From Vicinamibacteria bacterium (GTDB taxonomy: Bacteria > Acidobacteriota > Vicinamibacteria > Marinacidobacterales > Marinacidobacteraceae): a DNA stretch of 64,000 nt. Below, one piece after another: positions 20,339 to 28,934 of the stretch (the stretch's first letter is position 1; every line of letters starts with the position of its first letter). Under the pieces are notes generated by a model that searched no databases, was not told the DNA's origin, and saw nothing but the letters and a program-made list of their open reading frames with translations. Position numbers and translations under genes: made by a program. The stretch is from positions 2,688,001 through 2,752,000 of the forward strand of contig OY729431.1 in assembly GCA_963422395.1 (NCBI GenBank), read 5' to 3'.

Positions 20339-21268
20339 TCAGCGATCCGGAAGGCGCAGAGCAGCGGCGAGTTCGGAAACCGCTGCTAGGCGAAAGCCGG
20401 ATGGGATGCGCAGCCGGAACGAATCGGAGTGCAGCGAAGCGTTCACTCGCAGTTCCTCGACGATCAGAGTGGCGCTGACTGGATCGGATTCGATCTCCAT
20501 CCTCCGGGGCACCTGACGCCCGTCGCGGCGATAACTCCCCGGATAGCGCACTTCGTAGCTGCCGGCCATCACCCGGCGGATCTGGGCGGCGCTGCCTCGA
20601 CCGCCGTCCCACCAGATTTCCTCGCCTCTTGCGAGAACCGCGGAGCTGCCGGCGGGCGTGATTCGGGCGGCGCCGCCGCGGATCGGCACTCCGGTCCCGA
20701 CGACGAGCGCAGCGACCTGCTCGATGCCGATCCGGATCCCGAGGAACGGCTCGGTGAACTGCCCGAGCTCCGATCCGTCGGCGTAGGCGCGCTCGGCGGG
20801 GACCACCGCGCGCACGCCTTCCGGCCTCGCCACCAGTGTCCATCGGGGGCCGCCCATCGCGGCGAAGATCGCCATCCGAAGCGACGCGACGGCGGCCGGA
20901 TCACCGCGCACTGGCGGCCGCTCGAACACCACCAGCAAGCGGCCCGAAAAGCCGCCCCGTGCTCCCTTGCCACGCACGCCGAGAACCGCCTGGTAACGGC
21001 GGACGGCACCCGCGGCGGTGCTGGCCGCGGCGAGTCGCTCCGACACTCGCGCTTCCGACAACGGGGCCGAGGGCGGCAGGCTTCTCGGGGCGCAGGCGAG
21101 CGTCGTTCCCAGGAGGACGAAGCCCCGAAGCGCAACGCTCCGAAGTCCGGTTCTCCCGCCACGGGGCCCGGGCCCCTCGCGCCGTCCGATCAGGAGCCCC
21201 TCGGACCTCCCTCCGCGATGCCGGCCCGGCGAACCCGCCGGAGCAGGAAGGGCGCCCGGCGGGGGCAT
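20339..21268 (-). CDS. Putative lipoprotein, LolB/LolA-fold-like (start uncertain)
   Basis: Lipobox VLLGTTLAC, beta-rich body, C-terminal DSFRLRIPSGF; occupies the TPR-lolB-ispE syntenic slot. Confidence 0.6.
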   Translation of the reverse strand: MPPPGALPAPAGSPGRHRGGRSEGLLIGRREGPGPRGGRTGLRSVALRGFVLLGTTLACAPRSLPPSAPLSEARVSERLAAASTAAGAVRRYQAVLGVRGKGARGGFSGRLLVVFERPPVRGDPAAVASLRMAIFAAMGGPRWTLVARPEGVRAVVPAERAYADGSELGQFTEPFLGIRIGIEQVAALVVGTGVPIRGGAARITPAGSSAVLARGEEIWWDGGRGSAAQIRRVMAGSYEVRYPGSYRRDGRQVPRRMEIESDPVSATLIVEELRVNASLHSDSFRLRIPSGFRLAAVSELAAALRLPDR

Positions 21269-21302
21269 CCCGGCGGATCTCCCCTCACAGCTCGGCAGCG
21301 AG

Positions 21303-23330
21303 TTACTCGGGCTCGTTGCCTGCTTCCTCGATCTTACGCGCGATCGCCTCGCGGTGGATCTCTTCCTCTCCCTCCTGGTCGAGCGCCAGCTGCCAGAAGC
21401 GGACGGCTTCTTCCAGGTCTCCCTTCGCCTGGTAGAGGTCCCCGAGATGGTCGAGGACGACACCGTTGTCGGGCATGCACTGCCTCGCGCGGAGCAGATT
21501 CGGTTCGGCGAGGCCGAGCTCTCCCTTCCGGAGCTGCACCCATCCGAGGCTGTCCCGATAGGAGCCGTTGTAAGGATCCTCTGCGAGCGCGCGCTGGATC
21601 AGCGCCTCGGATTCGTCGAGCCGGTCGTTCCGGTCCGCGAGCATGTAACCGAGGTAGTTGAGCGCGAGATCGTGGTTCGGAACCGCCTCGATGACGCCGC
21701 GCAACTCGGCTTCGGCCTCCTCGAAACGCCCCTGGCGTTCCAGCAGTGCGGCCAACTGGAAACGAAACGCATCGTCTTCCGGTCGCTTCCGCAGCCACTG
21801 GCGCGCCGTTTCCTCGGCATCGACGAGATTCCCGACTTCCACGAGGTGGCGGAGCAGCGCGTGGGTCGCGCCGGCGGTATCCGGATACTGGTCGGCGAGG
21901 CGGAGGAGGATGACCAGGGCAGCGTCCGGCTTCCCTTCAGCGCTCAACACCTGCGCATGAAGGGTCTGCAGCCCCGGATCCTCGGGATGTTCGCGGGTCA
22001 GCTCGCCGAGAAGCGCGCCCGCCTCGTCCACCGCGCCGGCGGACAGCCGATTCCGCACCAGCGCCACTCGGTAACGGATTCCATCCGAGGTGTCCCCGGC
22101 GAGCAGGACTGCCCTTTCGAGGGCTTCGTACGCTTCTCGGTGGCGCCCCAACCGCTGAAAAGACTGGGCCAGGCGGGCGAGGACCTCTCGGCGGCGAGCG
22201 AGCCCGTAGCTGTCCCGCGGCAGCCCCGCCAGAGCTTCGAACTGTCCGGCAGCCCGTTCGAATTCACAGCGCGCGGTGAAGACTCCGCCGAGGGCGAGCC
22301 GGGCGGGCACACTCCGGTCGTTCACGGCGAGCAGCCGGACGAGCGCGTCCTCGGCGTCCTCGAGACGCTGCTGTTGCCGGCGTACCATGGCGAGTCCCAT
22401 GAGCGCGATTTCGCTCTCGGACTCGGCGGCGAGCAGCTCTTCGAAGGCCCCGGCAGCGTCTTCCAGCCGGCCGGCGCGAGCGAGCGCATCCGCGAGGGAC
22501 AGCCGCAACGACGGATCGTTCGGATAGGCAGCAACAGCGGTCTCGTAGAGCTCCGCCACCTGGGCCAGCGCCTCTCCCTCCGAACGGCCGGGGATGCCGC
22601 CGCCCCGGAGCAAGTCGTCCAGCATCTCGCGCGCCTCGGGCTGCCGGGGCTCGACGCGCAGCGAATCCAGGAGGTAGTCGAACGCCTGTTCGCGGTCGCC
22701 GGCGGCCAGCCGAAGCCGCGCGAGCAGCGCGAGCTCGCCGAAGGCGTCGGGTGCCCGACGCACCAGCTCGCGCAAGTGGGCGGCCGCCTCTTCCCCGCGC
22801 TGGGAGGCCGCCAGCAGCCGCGCGAGCTCCGAGCGGCTCTGGAGATCCTCAGGATCGAGCCGCACCGCTTCCCGAAGCGCGGAGATCGCGCGTTCGGCAG
22901 TTTCCGGGTCGTTTCCAGCGCGAAGCCGCCGAAAATACACCGCGCCGAGGATGCGGTGGGCGGCCGCCGACTCCGGATCGCGCTCCAGGGCCTCCGCGGC
23001 CGCCGACTCCGCCGCCTCCAGATCGCGAGCCGCGAGACTCAGATTCGCGATCGCGACGAGAGGCGCGGCCGCCTGCGGATCCAGGGCGGCAGCGCGCCGA
23101 TAGGTGAGCACCGCCGCTTCCCGCTCGGATGCCAGCTGGGCGAGCCGGGCTTCGCTGAAGACCCGGTACGCCTCGGCGACCTCATCCACCGCGATGGGCT
23201 CCTCGCCGGCGGCTGCTTCCGGCGCCTGCGATACGGCACCCTCATCTCCCCGAGCCTCCTGCAGGCCGATCCCCGACCCCATGAGGGCCAGGAGAATCGG
23301 AAACGCTGTCCGCGCCATGTCCGGAATCAT
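21303..23330 (-). CDS. Exported tetratricopeptide repeat protein
   Basis: Signal peptide, many TPRs, ALNYLGYMLAD..DSLGW C-terminal TPRs. Confidence 0.88.
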   Translation of the reverse strand: MIPDMARTAFPILLALMGSGIGLQEARGDEGAVSQAPEAAAGEEPIAVDEVAEAYRVFSEARLAQLASEREAAVLTYRRAAALDPQAAAPLVAIANLSLAARDLEAAESAAAEALERDPESAAAHRILGAVYFRRLRAGNDPETAERAISALREAVRLDPEDLQSRSELARLLAASQRGEEAAAHLRELVRRAPDAFGELALLARLRLAAGDREQAFDYLLDSLRVEPRQPEAREMLDDLLRGGGIPGRSEGEALAQVAELYETAVAAYPNDPSLRLSLADALARAGRLEDAAGAFEELLAAESESEIALMGLAMVRRQQQRLEDAEDALVRLLAVNDRSVPARLALGGVFTARCEFERAAGQFEALAGLPRDSYGLARRREVLARLAQSFQRLGRHREAYEALERAVLLAGDTSDGIRYRVALVRNRLSAGAVDEAGALLGELTREHPEDPGLQTLHAQVLSAEGKPDAALVILLRLADQYPDTAGATHALLRHLVEVGNLVDAEETARQWLRKRPEDDAFRFQLAALLERQGRFEEAEAELRGVIEAVPNHDLALNYLGYMLADRNDRLDESEALIQRALAEDPYNGSYRDSLGWVQLRKGELGLAEPNLLRARQCMPDNGVVLDHLGDLYQAKGDLEEAVRFWQLALDQEGEEEIHREAIARKIEEAGNEPE

Positions 23331-23340
23331 AGAAGTGGCA

Positions 23341-24933
23341 TCAGTGCCGGAAGTGGCGGGTGCCGGTGAGCACCATCGCCATTCCGCAGGCGTCGGCAGC
23401 GGCGAGGACTTCCGCATCCCGAACCGATCCGCCGGGTTGGATCACCGCCGAAACTCCGGCGTCCGCCAGCACCTCGAGTCCGTCGGGAAAGGGAAAGAAG
23501 GCATCGGAAGCCGCGACCGCGCCCTCGAGCGTCGTCTCGGCCTTCTGCACCGCGAGCCGGCAGGAGTCCACGCGATTCATCTGTCCGGCACCGACTCCCA
23601 GCAGCACGCCCTCCCGCGCGACCACCACGGCATTGGACTTGACATGTCTCACGACACGCCAGGCGAAGCGCAGGCCCGCCCACTCGCCGGAAGTGGGGCG
23701 GCGCCGGCTCGTCACTCGATACCCGGTCTCGTCGTCGTCTCCCGCATCCCAGTCCTGCACCAGCAGTCCCCCGGCCACCCGGGCAAGATCGCGGCCCCCG
23801 AGCACGAGGCCTCCCAGATCCTCCATTTCGATCAACCTGAGATTCTTCTTGCGGCGAAGCCGGTCGAGGGCGTCCGGCGCGAACGCGGGGGCGGCGACGG
23901 CTTCGAGGAAGGTCGAGGTCAGCTCCTGCGCGGTATCGAGATCTACTTCGCGGGTGAGCGCCACGATGCCTCCGAACGCCGAAACCGGATCGGTCGCGCG
24001 GGCCTTTCGGTACGCCTCCGAAAGCGTCCCGGCCACCGCCGCACCCGCCGGGGTATCGTGCTTGATGACCACCGCGGCGGCGCCGCTGCCGGAACGGAGC
24101 GAGCCATCGGCCAGATCCGCCGCCAGGCGGACTGCCGCATCGAGGTCGAGGATGTTGTTGTAGGAGAGTTCCTTGCCGTGGAGCTTCCGGGCTCCCGGGA
24201 TTCCGGCGTGCTCTCCCGGATCGCGGTAGAGAGCCGCGCTCTGGTGGGGATTTTCTCCGTAACGCAGAGCGGCAACCCGTTCGAAGTCGAACGAAATCCG
24301 CTCGGGGTAGTCCGACTCGCTCTCCCCGGCAGCGAAAAATCCGGAGATCGCGGTCTCGTAGGCGGCGGTGGCGGCGAAGGCCCGCGCGGCGAGACGGCGG
24401 CGCTGATCCCGGGCGGCTGCCGGATCCGGCGCATCGATCGCCGCGAGCACCGCAGGGTAATCGTCAGGATCCACCACCACCGTCACATCCGGCCAATTCT
24501 TGGCGGCGGCCCGGACCAGACAGGGGCCGCCGATATCCAGATTCTCCAGCAGCTGGTCCTCGGTCGCGCCGCGGGCGAGCGTTTCCCCGAACGGGTAGAA
24601 GTTGACCGCGACGACATCCACTGGCCGGATCCCGAGGGTTTCGAGAGAGGCGATGTCCTCCGGCCGCGACCTGCGGGCGAGGATGCCCCCGTGGATGCGC
24701 GGGTGCAGGGTCTTGACCCGGCCTTCCAGGATCTCGGGGTGCCCGGTCACTTCGGAGACCTGGGTGACCGAGATTCCGGCGCCTTCCAGGAAGCGCGCCG
24801 TACCGCCGCTCGCCACGATCTCGAAACCGCGAAGCGCCAGACCCCGGGCGAAGGCATCGAGACCGCCCTTGCGGCTCACGCTGAGGAGGGCGAGGCGGGG
24901 AGGAGCGGCAGACCCGGGCTCTCGATCGTGCAT
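23341..24933 (-). CDS. purH: Bifunctional AICAR formyltransferase/IMP cyclohydrolase
   Basis: GRVKTLHP, DIGGP, LRYGENPHQ, SYNNILD, KSNA, ASDAFFPF, TRHFRH. Start ATG 24933. Confidence 0.97.
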   Translation of the reverse strand: MHDREPGSAAPPRLALLSVSRKGGLDAFARGLALRGFEIVASGGTARFLEGAGISVTQVSEVTGHPEILEGRVKTLHPRIHGGILARRSRPEDIASLETLGIRPVDVVAVNFYPFGETLARGATEDQLLENLDIGGPCLVRAAAKNWPDVTVVVDPDDYPAVLAAIDAPDPAAARDQRRRLAARAFAATAAYETAISGFFAAGESESDYPERISFDFERVAALRYGENPHQSAALYRDPGEHAGIPGARKLHGKELSYNNILDLDAAVRLAADLADGSLRSGSGAAAVVIKHDTPAGAAVAGTLSEAYRKARATDPVSAFGGIVALTREVDLDTAQELTSTFLEAVAAPAFAPDALDRLRRKKNLRLIEMEDLGGLVLGGRDLARVAGGLLVQDWDAGDDDETGYRVTSRRRPTSGEWAGLRFAWRVVRHVKSNAVVVAREGVLLGVGAGQMNRVDSCRLAVQKAETTLEGAVAASDAFFPFPDGLEVLADAGVSAVIQPGGSVRDAEVLAAADACGMAMVLTGTRHFRH

Positions 24934-24958
24934 CCGGCAGCAGAGAAAGGCGACGATG

Positions 24959-25075
24959 CTAGCAGCCTGTGGATGAAGTGGCGCGAGCCCCAAGATCGGG
25001 GAGGCGCCCGGCTGACAAGGCGCGATTCGGGGAGGCACACCGGGCGCATTCCGACGGAATCGCAACGCCGAGCCA
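24959..25075. mobile_element. Degenerate MITE/IS-end-like repeat, copy 1
   Basis: CTAGCAGCCTGTGGATGAAGTGG also occurs at 60297 and (inverted) near 61137-61158. Right boundary is a guess. Confidence 0.45.
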
Positions 25076-25164
25076 AGCCCGATTCTCCCGGTGGAGGGCG
25101 CCCGGCGGACGAGGCGCGATCCTTTCGGAAACAGGCGCGGGCGGAACCCCCGCCGCCGGCCGCA

Positions 25165-25212
25165 CCACAACCGGTTGTGGGGTGGGAGTCCGCATACCCC
25201 AACATCTTGGGG
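25165..25212. promoter_or_regulatory. Tandem NrdR-like boxes
   Basis: 16-bp palindromes CCACAACCGGTTGTGG (25165-25180) and CCCCAACATCTTGGGG (25197-25212), 32 bp start-to-start. Confidence 0.72.
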
Positions 25213-25219
25213 TAGGGCG

Positions 25220-25249
25220 TTGACCCTCTTCGCACCCTGATGCTAATCT
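25220..25249 (+). promoter_or_regulatory. Sigma70 promoter of the MBL-pur operon
   Basis: TTGACC-N18-TAATCT with extended-10 TG, about 20 nt before the ATG at 25269. Confidence 0.62.
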
Positions 25250-25268
25250 CGCCCGCTGCCCCGGCCGG

Positions 25269-26189
25269 ATGGGCGCGCCCCCTGAGCCTGCGGCATCCAC
25301 AGCTGGCGCGGGGTTCCTAATTCGCTTGGTTTCGGACATCGGTCTTCGCGTTCTCGCTTCCGGGAGCTCGGGAAATGCGGCGCTCGCCGCGGCGGGTTCG
25401 ACGGTTCTGCTCCTCGAGGCGGGACTTTCGCGCCGAGGCCTCGAAGCCCGCATCGAGGCGGCCGGAAGGACTCCGGAAGAAATCGCCGCCGTCCTCCTTT
25501 CGCACGAACACGGCGACCATTGCCGGGGAGCAGCGCCGTTCGCGCTCCGCCACCGCCTCCCGATCGCCTGCACCCGCGGCACCTGGAACGGTCTCGCCCT
25601 CCGGGACCGCAGCGAAGCGCCGGAGTGGATTCCCCTGCAGCCGGGGCAGCCCCGGCAGATCGGAACGATGGCCGTCACCGGTTTCTCCATTCCCCACGAC
25701 GCCAGGGAACCGATCGGCTTCCGGCTCGATACCGGAGAGGCAACACTGGTCCATGTCACGGATTTCGGCCATCTCTCCCCGGAGGTCGCCGAGGCCGTTT
25801 CCGGAGCATCGGTACTTCTGATCGAGTCCAACTACGACGAGCAACAGCTTTACGAGAGCCGGTATCCGTTCTCTACCCGGCAGCGAATCGCCTCCACGCG
25901 GGGGCACCTCTCGAACGGTGCCCTCGCACTCTATCTGCGGCGTCGGCTCCCCGCTTCGGTGCACACCGTCCTGCTGGCCCACCTGTCAGCGAACACGAAC
26001 ACTCCCGAGCTCGCGTTGCGTACGGCGAGGACGGCGCTCGACGCCGCCCGGCGGCCCGATGTGCGCCTCCTCGTCGCGAACCGCAGTGCCCTCACCGAAG
26101 AGGTGCGGACCGGAACTGGCGAGCCTTCGCCGCTGCCGCACCCGAACCCGCTCGCTACGGGGACGCGCTCGTTGTTCCATCCGGCCTGA
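25269..26189 (+). CDS. MBL-fold metallo-hydrolase (YycJ/WalJ-like)
   Basis: LASGSSGN, SHEHGDH, PHDA, TDFG, IESNYD, GHLSN, LAHLS. Confidence 0.9.
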   Translation: MGAPPEPAASTAGAGFLIRLVSDIGLRVLASGSSGNAALAAAGSTVLLLEAGLSRRGLEARIEAAGRTPEEIAAVLLSHEHGDHCRGAAPFALRHRLPIACTRGTWNGLALRDRSEAPEWIPLQPGQPRQIGTMAVTGFSIPHDAREPIGFRLDTGEATLVHVTDFGHLSPEVAEAVSGASVLLIESNYDEQQLYESRYPFSTRQRIASTRGHLSNGALALYLRRRLPASVHTVLLAHLSANTNTPELALRTARTALDAARRPDVRLLVANRSALTEEVRTGTGEPSPLPHPNPLATGTRSLFHPA

Positions 26190-26196
26190 GACGCCG

Positions 26197-27504
26197 ATGC
26201 TCACAGACCGCTATGTCCACCCCGAAATGGGGGCGCTCTGGACCGAGGAAGCCCTCTTCCAGTCCTGGATGGAGGTCGAGGTCACTGCCGCCGAGGCGAT
26301 GGCGGCGGAAGGCATCCTTCCCGCCGAGGCGGCCGTCGGGATCCGGGAACGCGCTGGTTTCGATATTTCCCGGATTCGGGAGATCGAGAAGACGGTCCAG
26401 CACGATGTGGTGGCCTTCACCCAGTCCATGGCCGAACGGGTGGGAAGCGAGGGGCGCTGGATCCACTTCGGGTTGACCAGCTCCGATGTGGTGGACACCG
26501 CGCTCGCCACCCGGCTGGTCCGGTCGTGCGACCTCCTCCTCGAACGGGTGGACGGGCTCCGCCTCGTGCTGCGGCGGCGGGCGGAGGAGCACCGGCGGAC
26601 GCTGATGGTCGGCCGCACCCACGGCGTCCACGCCGAACCGATGACCTTCGGGATGAAGCTCGCCCTGTGGTGGGCGGAAATGGGCCGGAACCGGCGCCGC
26701 CTCGCCGCCGCCCGCGAGGCCGTTCGAGTGGGCAAACTCAGCGGGGCCGTCGGCACCTTCGCCCATCTGCCGCCGAGCGTCGAGTCGCGCGTCTGCGAGG
26801 CGCTGGGGCTCGTGCCCGCGAAGATCGCAACCCAGGTGATCCAGCGCGACCGACACGCCGAGCTGGCCGCCACGCTCGCCATTCTCGCCGGAAGCCTCGA
26901 AAAGATGGCCACCGAGATCCGGACTCTCCAGCGCACCGAGATCCGGGAGGTCGAAGAGCCTTTCGGACGGGGGCAGAAGGGATCCTCGGCGATGCCTCAC
27001 AAGCGGAATCCGGTGGGCTCGGAGCAGGTCTCGGGGCTCGCCCGGGTCATCCGGGCGAACCTGATGCCGGCGCTGGAGAACATCGCCCTGTGGAACGAGC
27101 GGGACATCTCCCATTCCTCGGCGGAACGGATGACGATTCCGCAGAGCTTCCTGCTCGCGGACCACATCCTGCTGCGGATGACCGCGATCCTCGACGGCCT
27201 CCTGGTGTACGAGGAAGCGATGCTCGAAAACCTGGATCGCCGGAACGGCTTGGTGTTCAGCGGCCAGGTGCTGCTCGACCTCGCCGGCAGCGGCGTCGCG
27301 CGGGAAGACGCCTACCGGATGGTGCAGTCGTGCGCGATGGGCGTCTGGGAACATGGAACCTCGTTCCGCGAAGAACTCGGAAAACACGAGGGGATCCGGA
27401 GCATTCTGGATTCGGCCACGCTGGATGCAGCTTTCGACTTCGACATCCATCTCCGCCACCTGGACCTGATCTTCGATCGAGTGTTCTCCGAGGAGTCGGG
27501 GTGA
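26197..27504 (+). CDS. purB: Adenylosuccinate lyase
   Basis: HFGLTSSD, GRTHGVHAEP, GSSAMPHKRNP, ERDISHSS. Start ATG 26197. Confidence 0.97.
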   Translation: MLTDRYVHPEMGALWTEEALFQSWMEVEVTAAEAMAAEGILPAEAAVGIRERAGFDISRIREIEKTVQHDVVAFTQSMAERVGSEGRWIHFGLTSSDVVDTALATRLVRSCDLLLERVDGLRLVLRRRAEEHRRTLMVGRTHGVHAEPMTFGMKLALWWAEMGRNRRRLAAAREAVRVGKLSGAVGTFAHLPPSVESRVCEALGLVPAKIATQVIQRDRHAELAATLAILAGSLEKMATEIRTLQRTEIREVEEPFGRGQKGSSAMPHKRNPVGSEQVSGLARVIRANLMPALENIALWNERDISHSSAERMTIPQSFLLADHILLRMTAILDGLLVYEEAMLENLDRRNGLVFSGQVLLDLAGSGVAREDAYRMVQSCAMGVWEHGTSFREELGKHEGIRSILDSATLDAAFDFDIHLRHLDLIFDRVFSEESG

Positions 27505-27594
27505 CCCATCGGCTCCGGGTGCTGTCCGGTTGCGTCCGCAGATCTACGACCCGCAGGGAGAAGCCATCCGCTGCCCGCTGATCGGCTCCGGCGC
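27052..27594 (+). repeat. Left copy of the purB3'-purS5' direct repeat
   Basis: Aligns by eye with 37327-37633. Confidence 0.88.
27501..27594 (+). pseudogene. purS: Truncated, frameshifted purS 5' fragment
   Basis: GTGACCCATCGGCTCCGGGTGCTGTCCGG has a 1-bp deletion relative to intact purS at 37539 (GTGCTGGTCCGG); similarity ends at 27594. Confidence 0.85.
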
Positions 27595-27633
27595 ACCACC
27601 TCGCGGCCTAGCTGGCCAGCTTGCGGCGTAAAT

Positions 27634-27720
27634 CTAGAATTCCACTCGGAAAGCGAACTGCGCGGCCCTCGGACCGTACGCCGTGGAAGTCACCTGCCTC
27701 GGAGCGCCGAAGCTACTCGA
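27634..27720 (-). pseudogene. Detached 3' end of the TonB-dependent receptor
   Basis: Removing the IS restores the frame ...IDSSSFGAPRQVTSTAYGPRAAQFAFRVEF*. Confidence 0.9.
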
Positions 27721-28934
27721 GGAAGGTCTGATCAAGATGATTTTTTAGTCGGATTCTCGATATCGGATGGAGCTCGGCTTCTACGATTCGTGAGGAAACC
27801 TCGAGTGCCGACCTTCATCGGCAGTATTCCCCCGCGCCGGGCAAGAGAGTCAGGCTCCGGGCAGCCCCCTCGGCTCTCTCCCCGAGTCTTCTCAGCAGGC
27901 GCAGCGCTCTTGCGCCCGTATCACCACTCTCCTGGCTTGGAACAGGTTCACCAGCGCGCAAGTCGCCACCACCCGATGCCAGTTCTTCTCGATGCCTCGG
28001 TACCGCACCTCCCGAAACCCGAACACCCGCTTCATCACCTGAAACGGATGCTCCACCCGAGCCCGAACCCGCGCCTTCCTGACGTTCGCCGCCCGCTGCT
28101 GCTCGGTGAGAGGCTGATTCCGAAACGCCTTCCGCTGTGTGAAGTCCTGTGCCCGCGGCGCTACTTCTCGAATCACCTTCCGTTGCCCGCAATACGCCTT
28201 GTCCCCCCACACCCGCGTCTCCCCTCCGTGGAGCAGCTCCGCCAACACCTGCGAGTCGTGCACATTCGCCGCCGTCGCCACCACCGAATGGATCTGCTTC
28301 GTCTGCGAGTCCATCCCGATGTGCGCCTTCATCCCGAAATACCACTGCTGCCCCTTCCGTGTCGAGCCCATCTCCGGATCCCGCGCCTTCGCCCGGTTCT
28401 TCCTCGAACTCGGCGCCGTCAGGATCGTCGCGTCCACGATCGTCCCGTTCCGCACCCGCACCCCGTGCTCCGCCAGATACTCCTGGACCTGCTCGAACAT
28501 CGCCTCCGTCAGGTCGTGACGCTCCAGCAGATGCCGGAACTTGCACACCGTCGTCTCATCCGGCGCCCTCTCCCGCCCCAGGTCGATCCCCACGAAGCGC
28601 CGCATCGAATCCGACTCGTAGAGCGCCTCCTCCACCCCGGGGTCCGACAGGTCGAACCACTGCTGCAAGAAGTAGATCCGCAGCATCCGTTCCAGCTCCA
28701 CCGGCGGTCGCCCACGCCCCCGCTTCGGATACACCGGCGCGATCGCCGCGCACAACGCATCCCACGGCACCACCCGGTCCATCTCTTCCAAAAACCGACG
28801 CCGCCTCGTCTTCTTCCGAAACCTGTCGAATCCCGCTTCCGCAAAGCTCATCTGACGCATATCAACCCCCACCGCCATTCCTCAGACGATACAAAGCAGA
28901 ATACCCCAAACGAAATCAATAAATCAGAGGGTCC
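27721..28934 (-). mobile_element. IS5-family insertion sequence (1214 bp)
   Basis: Imperfect terminal IRs GGAAGGTCTGAT / GGACCCTCTGAT (revcomp); 4-bp target duplication TCGA at 27717-27720 and 28935-28938. Confidence 0.9.
27892..28860 (-). CDS. IS5-family DDE transposase
   Basis: MLRIYFLQQW, PDETT, IVDAT, YFGMKAHIG, GDKAY, RARVEHPF, VRYRG. Confidence 0.96.
   Translation of the reverse strand: MRQMSFAEAGFDRFRKKTRRRRFLEEMDRVVPWDALCAAIAPVYPKRGRGRPPVELERMLRIYFLQQWFDLSDPGVEEALYESDSMRRFVGIDLGRERAPDETTVCKFRHLLERHDLTEAMFEQVQEYLAEHGVRVRNGTIVDATILTAPSSRKNRAKARDPEMGSTRKGQQWYFGMKAHIGMDSQTKQIHSVVATAANVHDSQVLAELLHGGETRVWGDKAYCGQRKVIREVAPRAQDFTQRKAFRNQPLTEQQRAANVRKARVRARVEHPFQVMKRVFGFREVRYRGIEKNWHRVVATCALVNLFQARRVVIRAQERCAC

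Noticed and set aside
24968-24976. DnaA-box-like TCATCCACA inside the dispersed repeat
   Set aside because: Single mismatched boxes, not clustered, with no dnaA or unwinding element nearby; similarity extends well beyond 9 bp.
24934-25268. ZTP or purine riboswitch upstream of purH/purB
   Set aside because: I could not find the ZTP core (GACTGGCG...CGCCTGGGC) or a purine aptamer on either strand.
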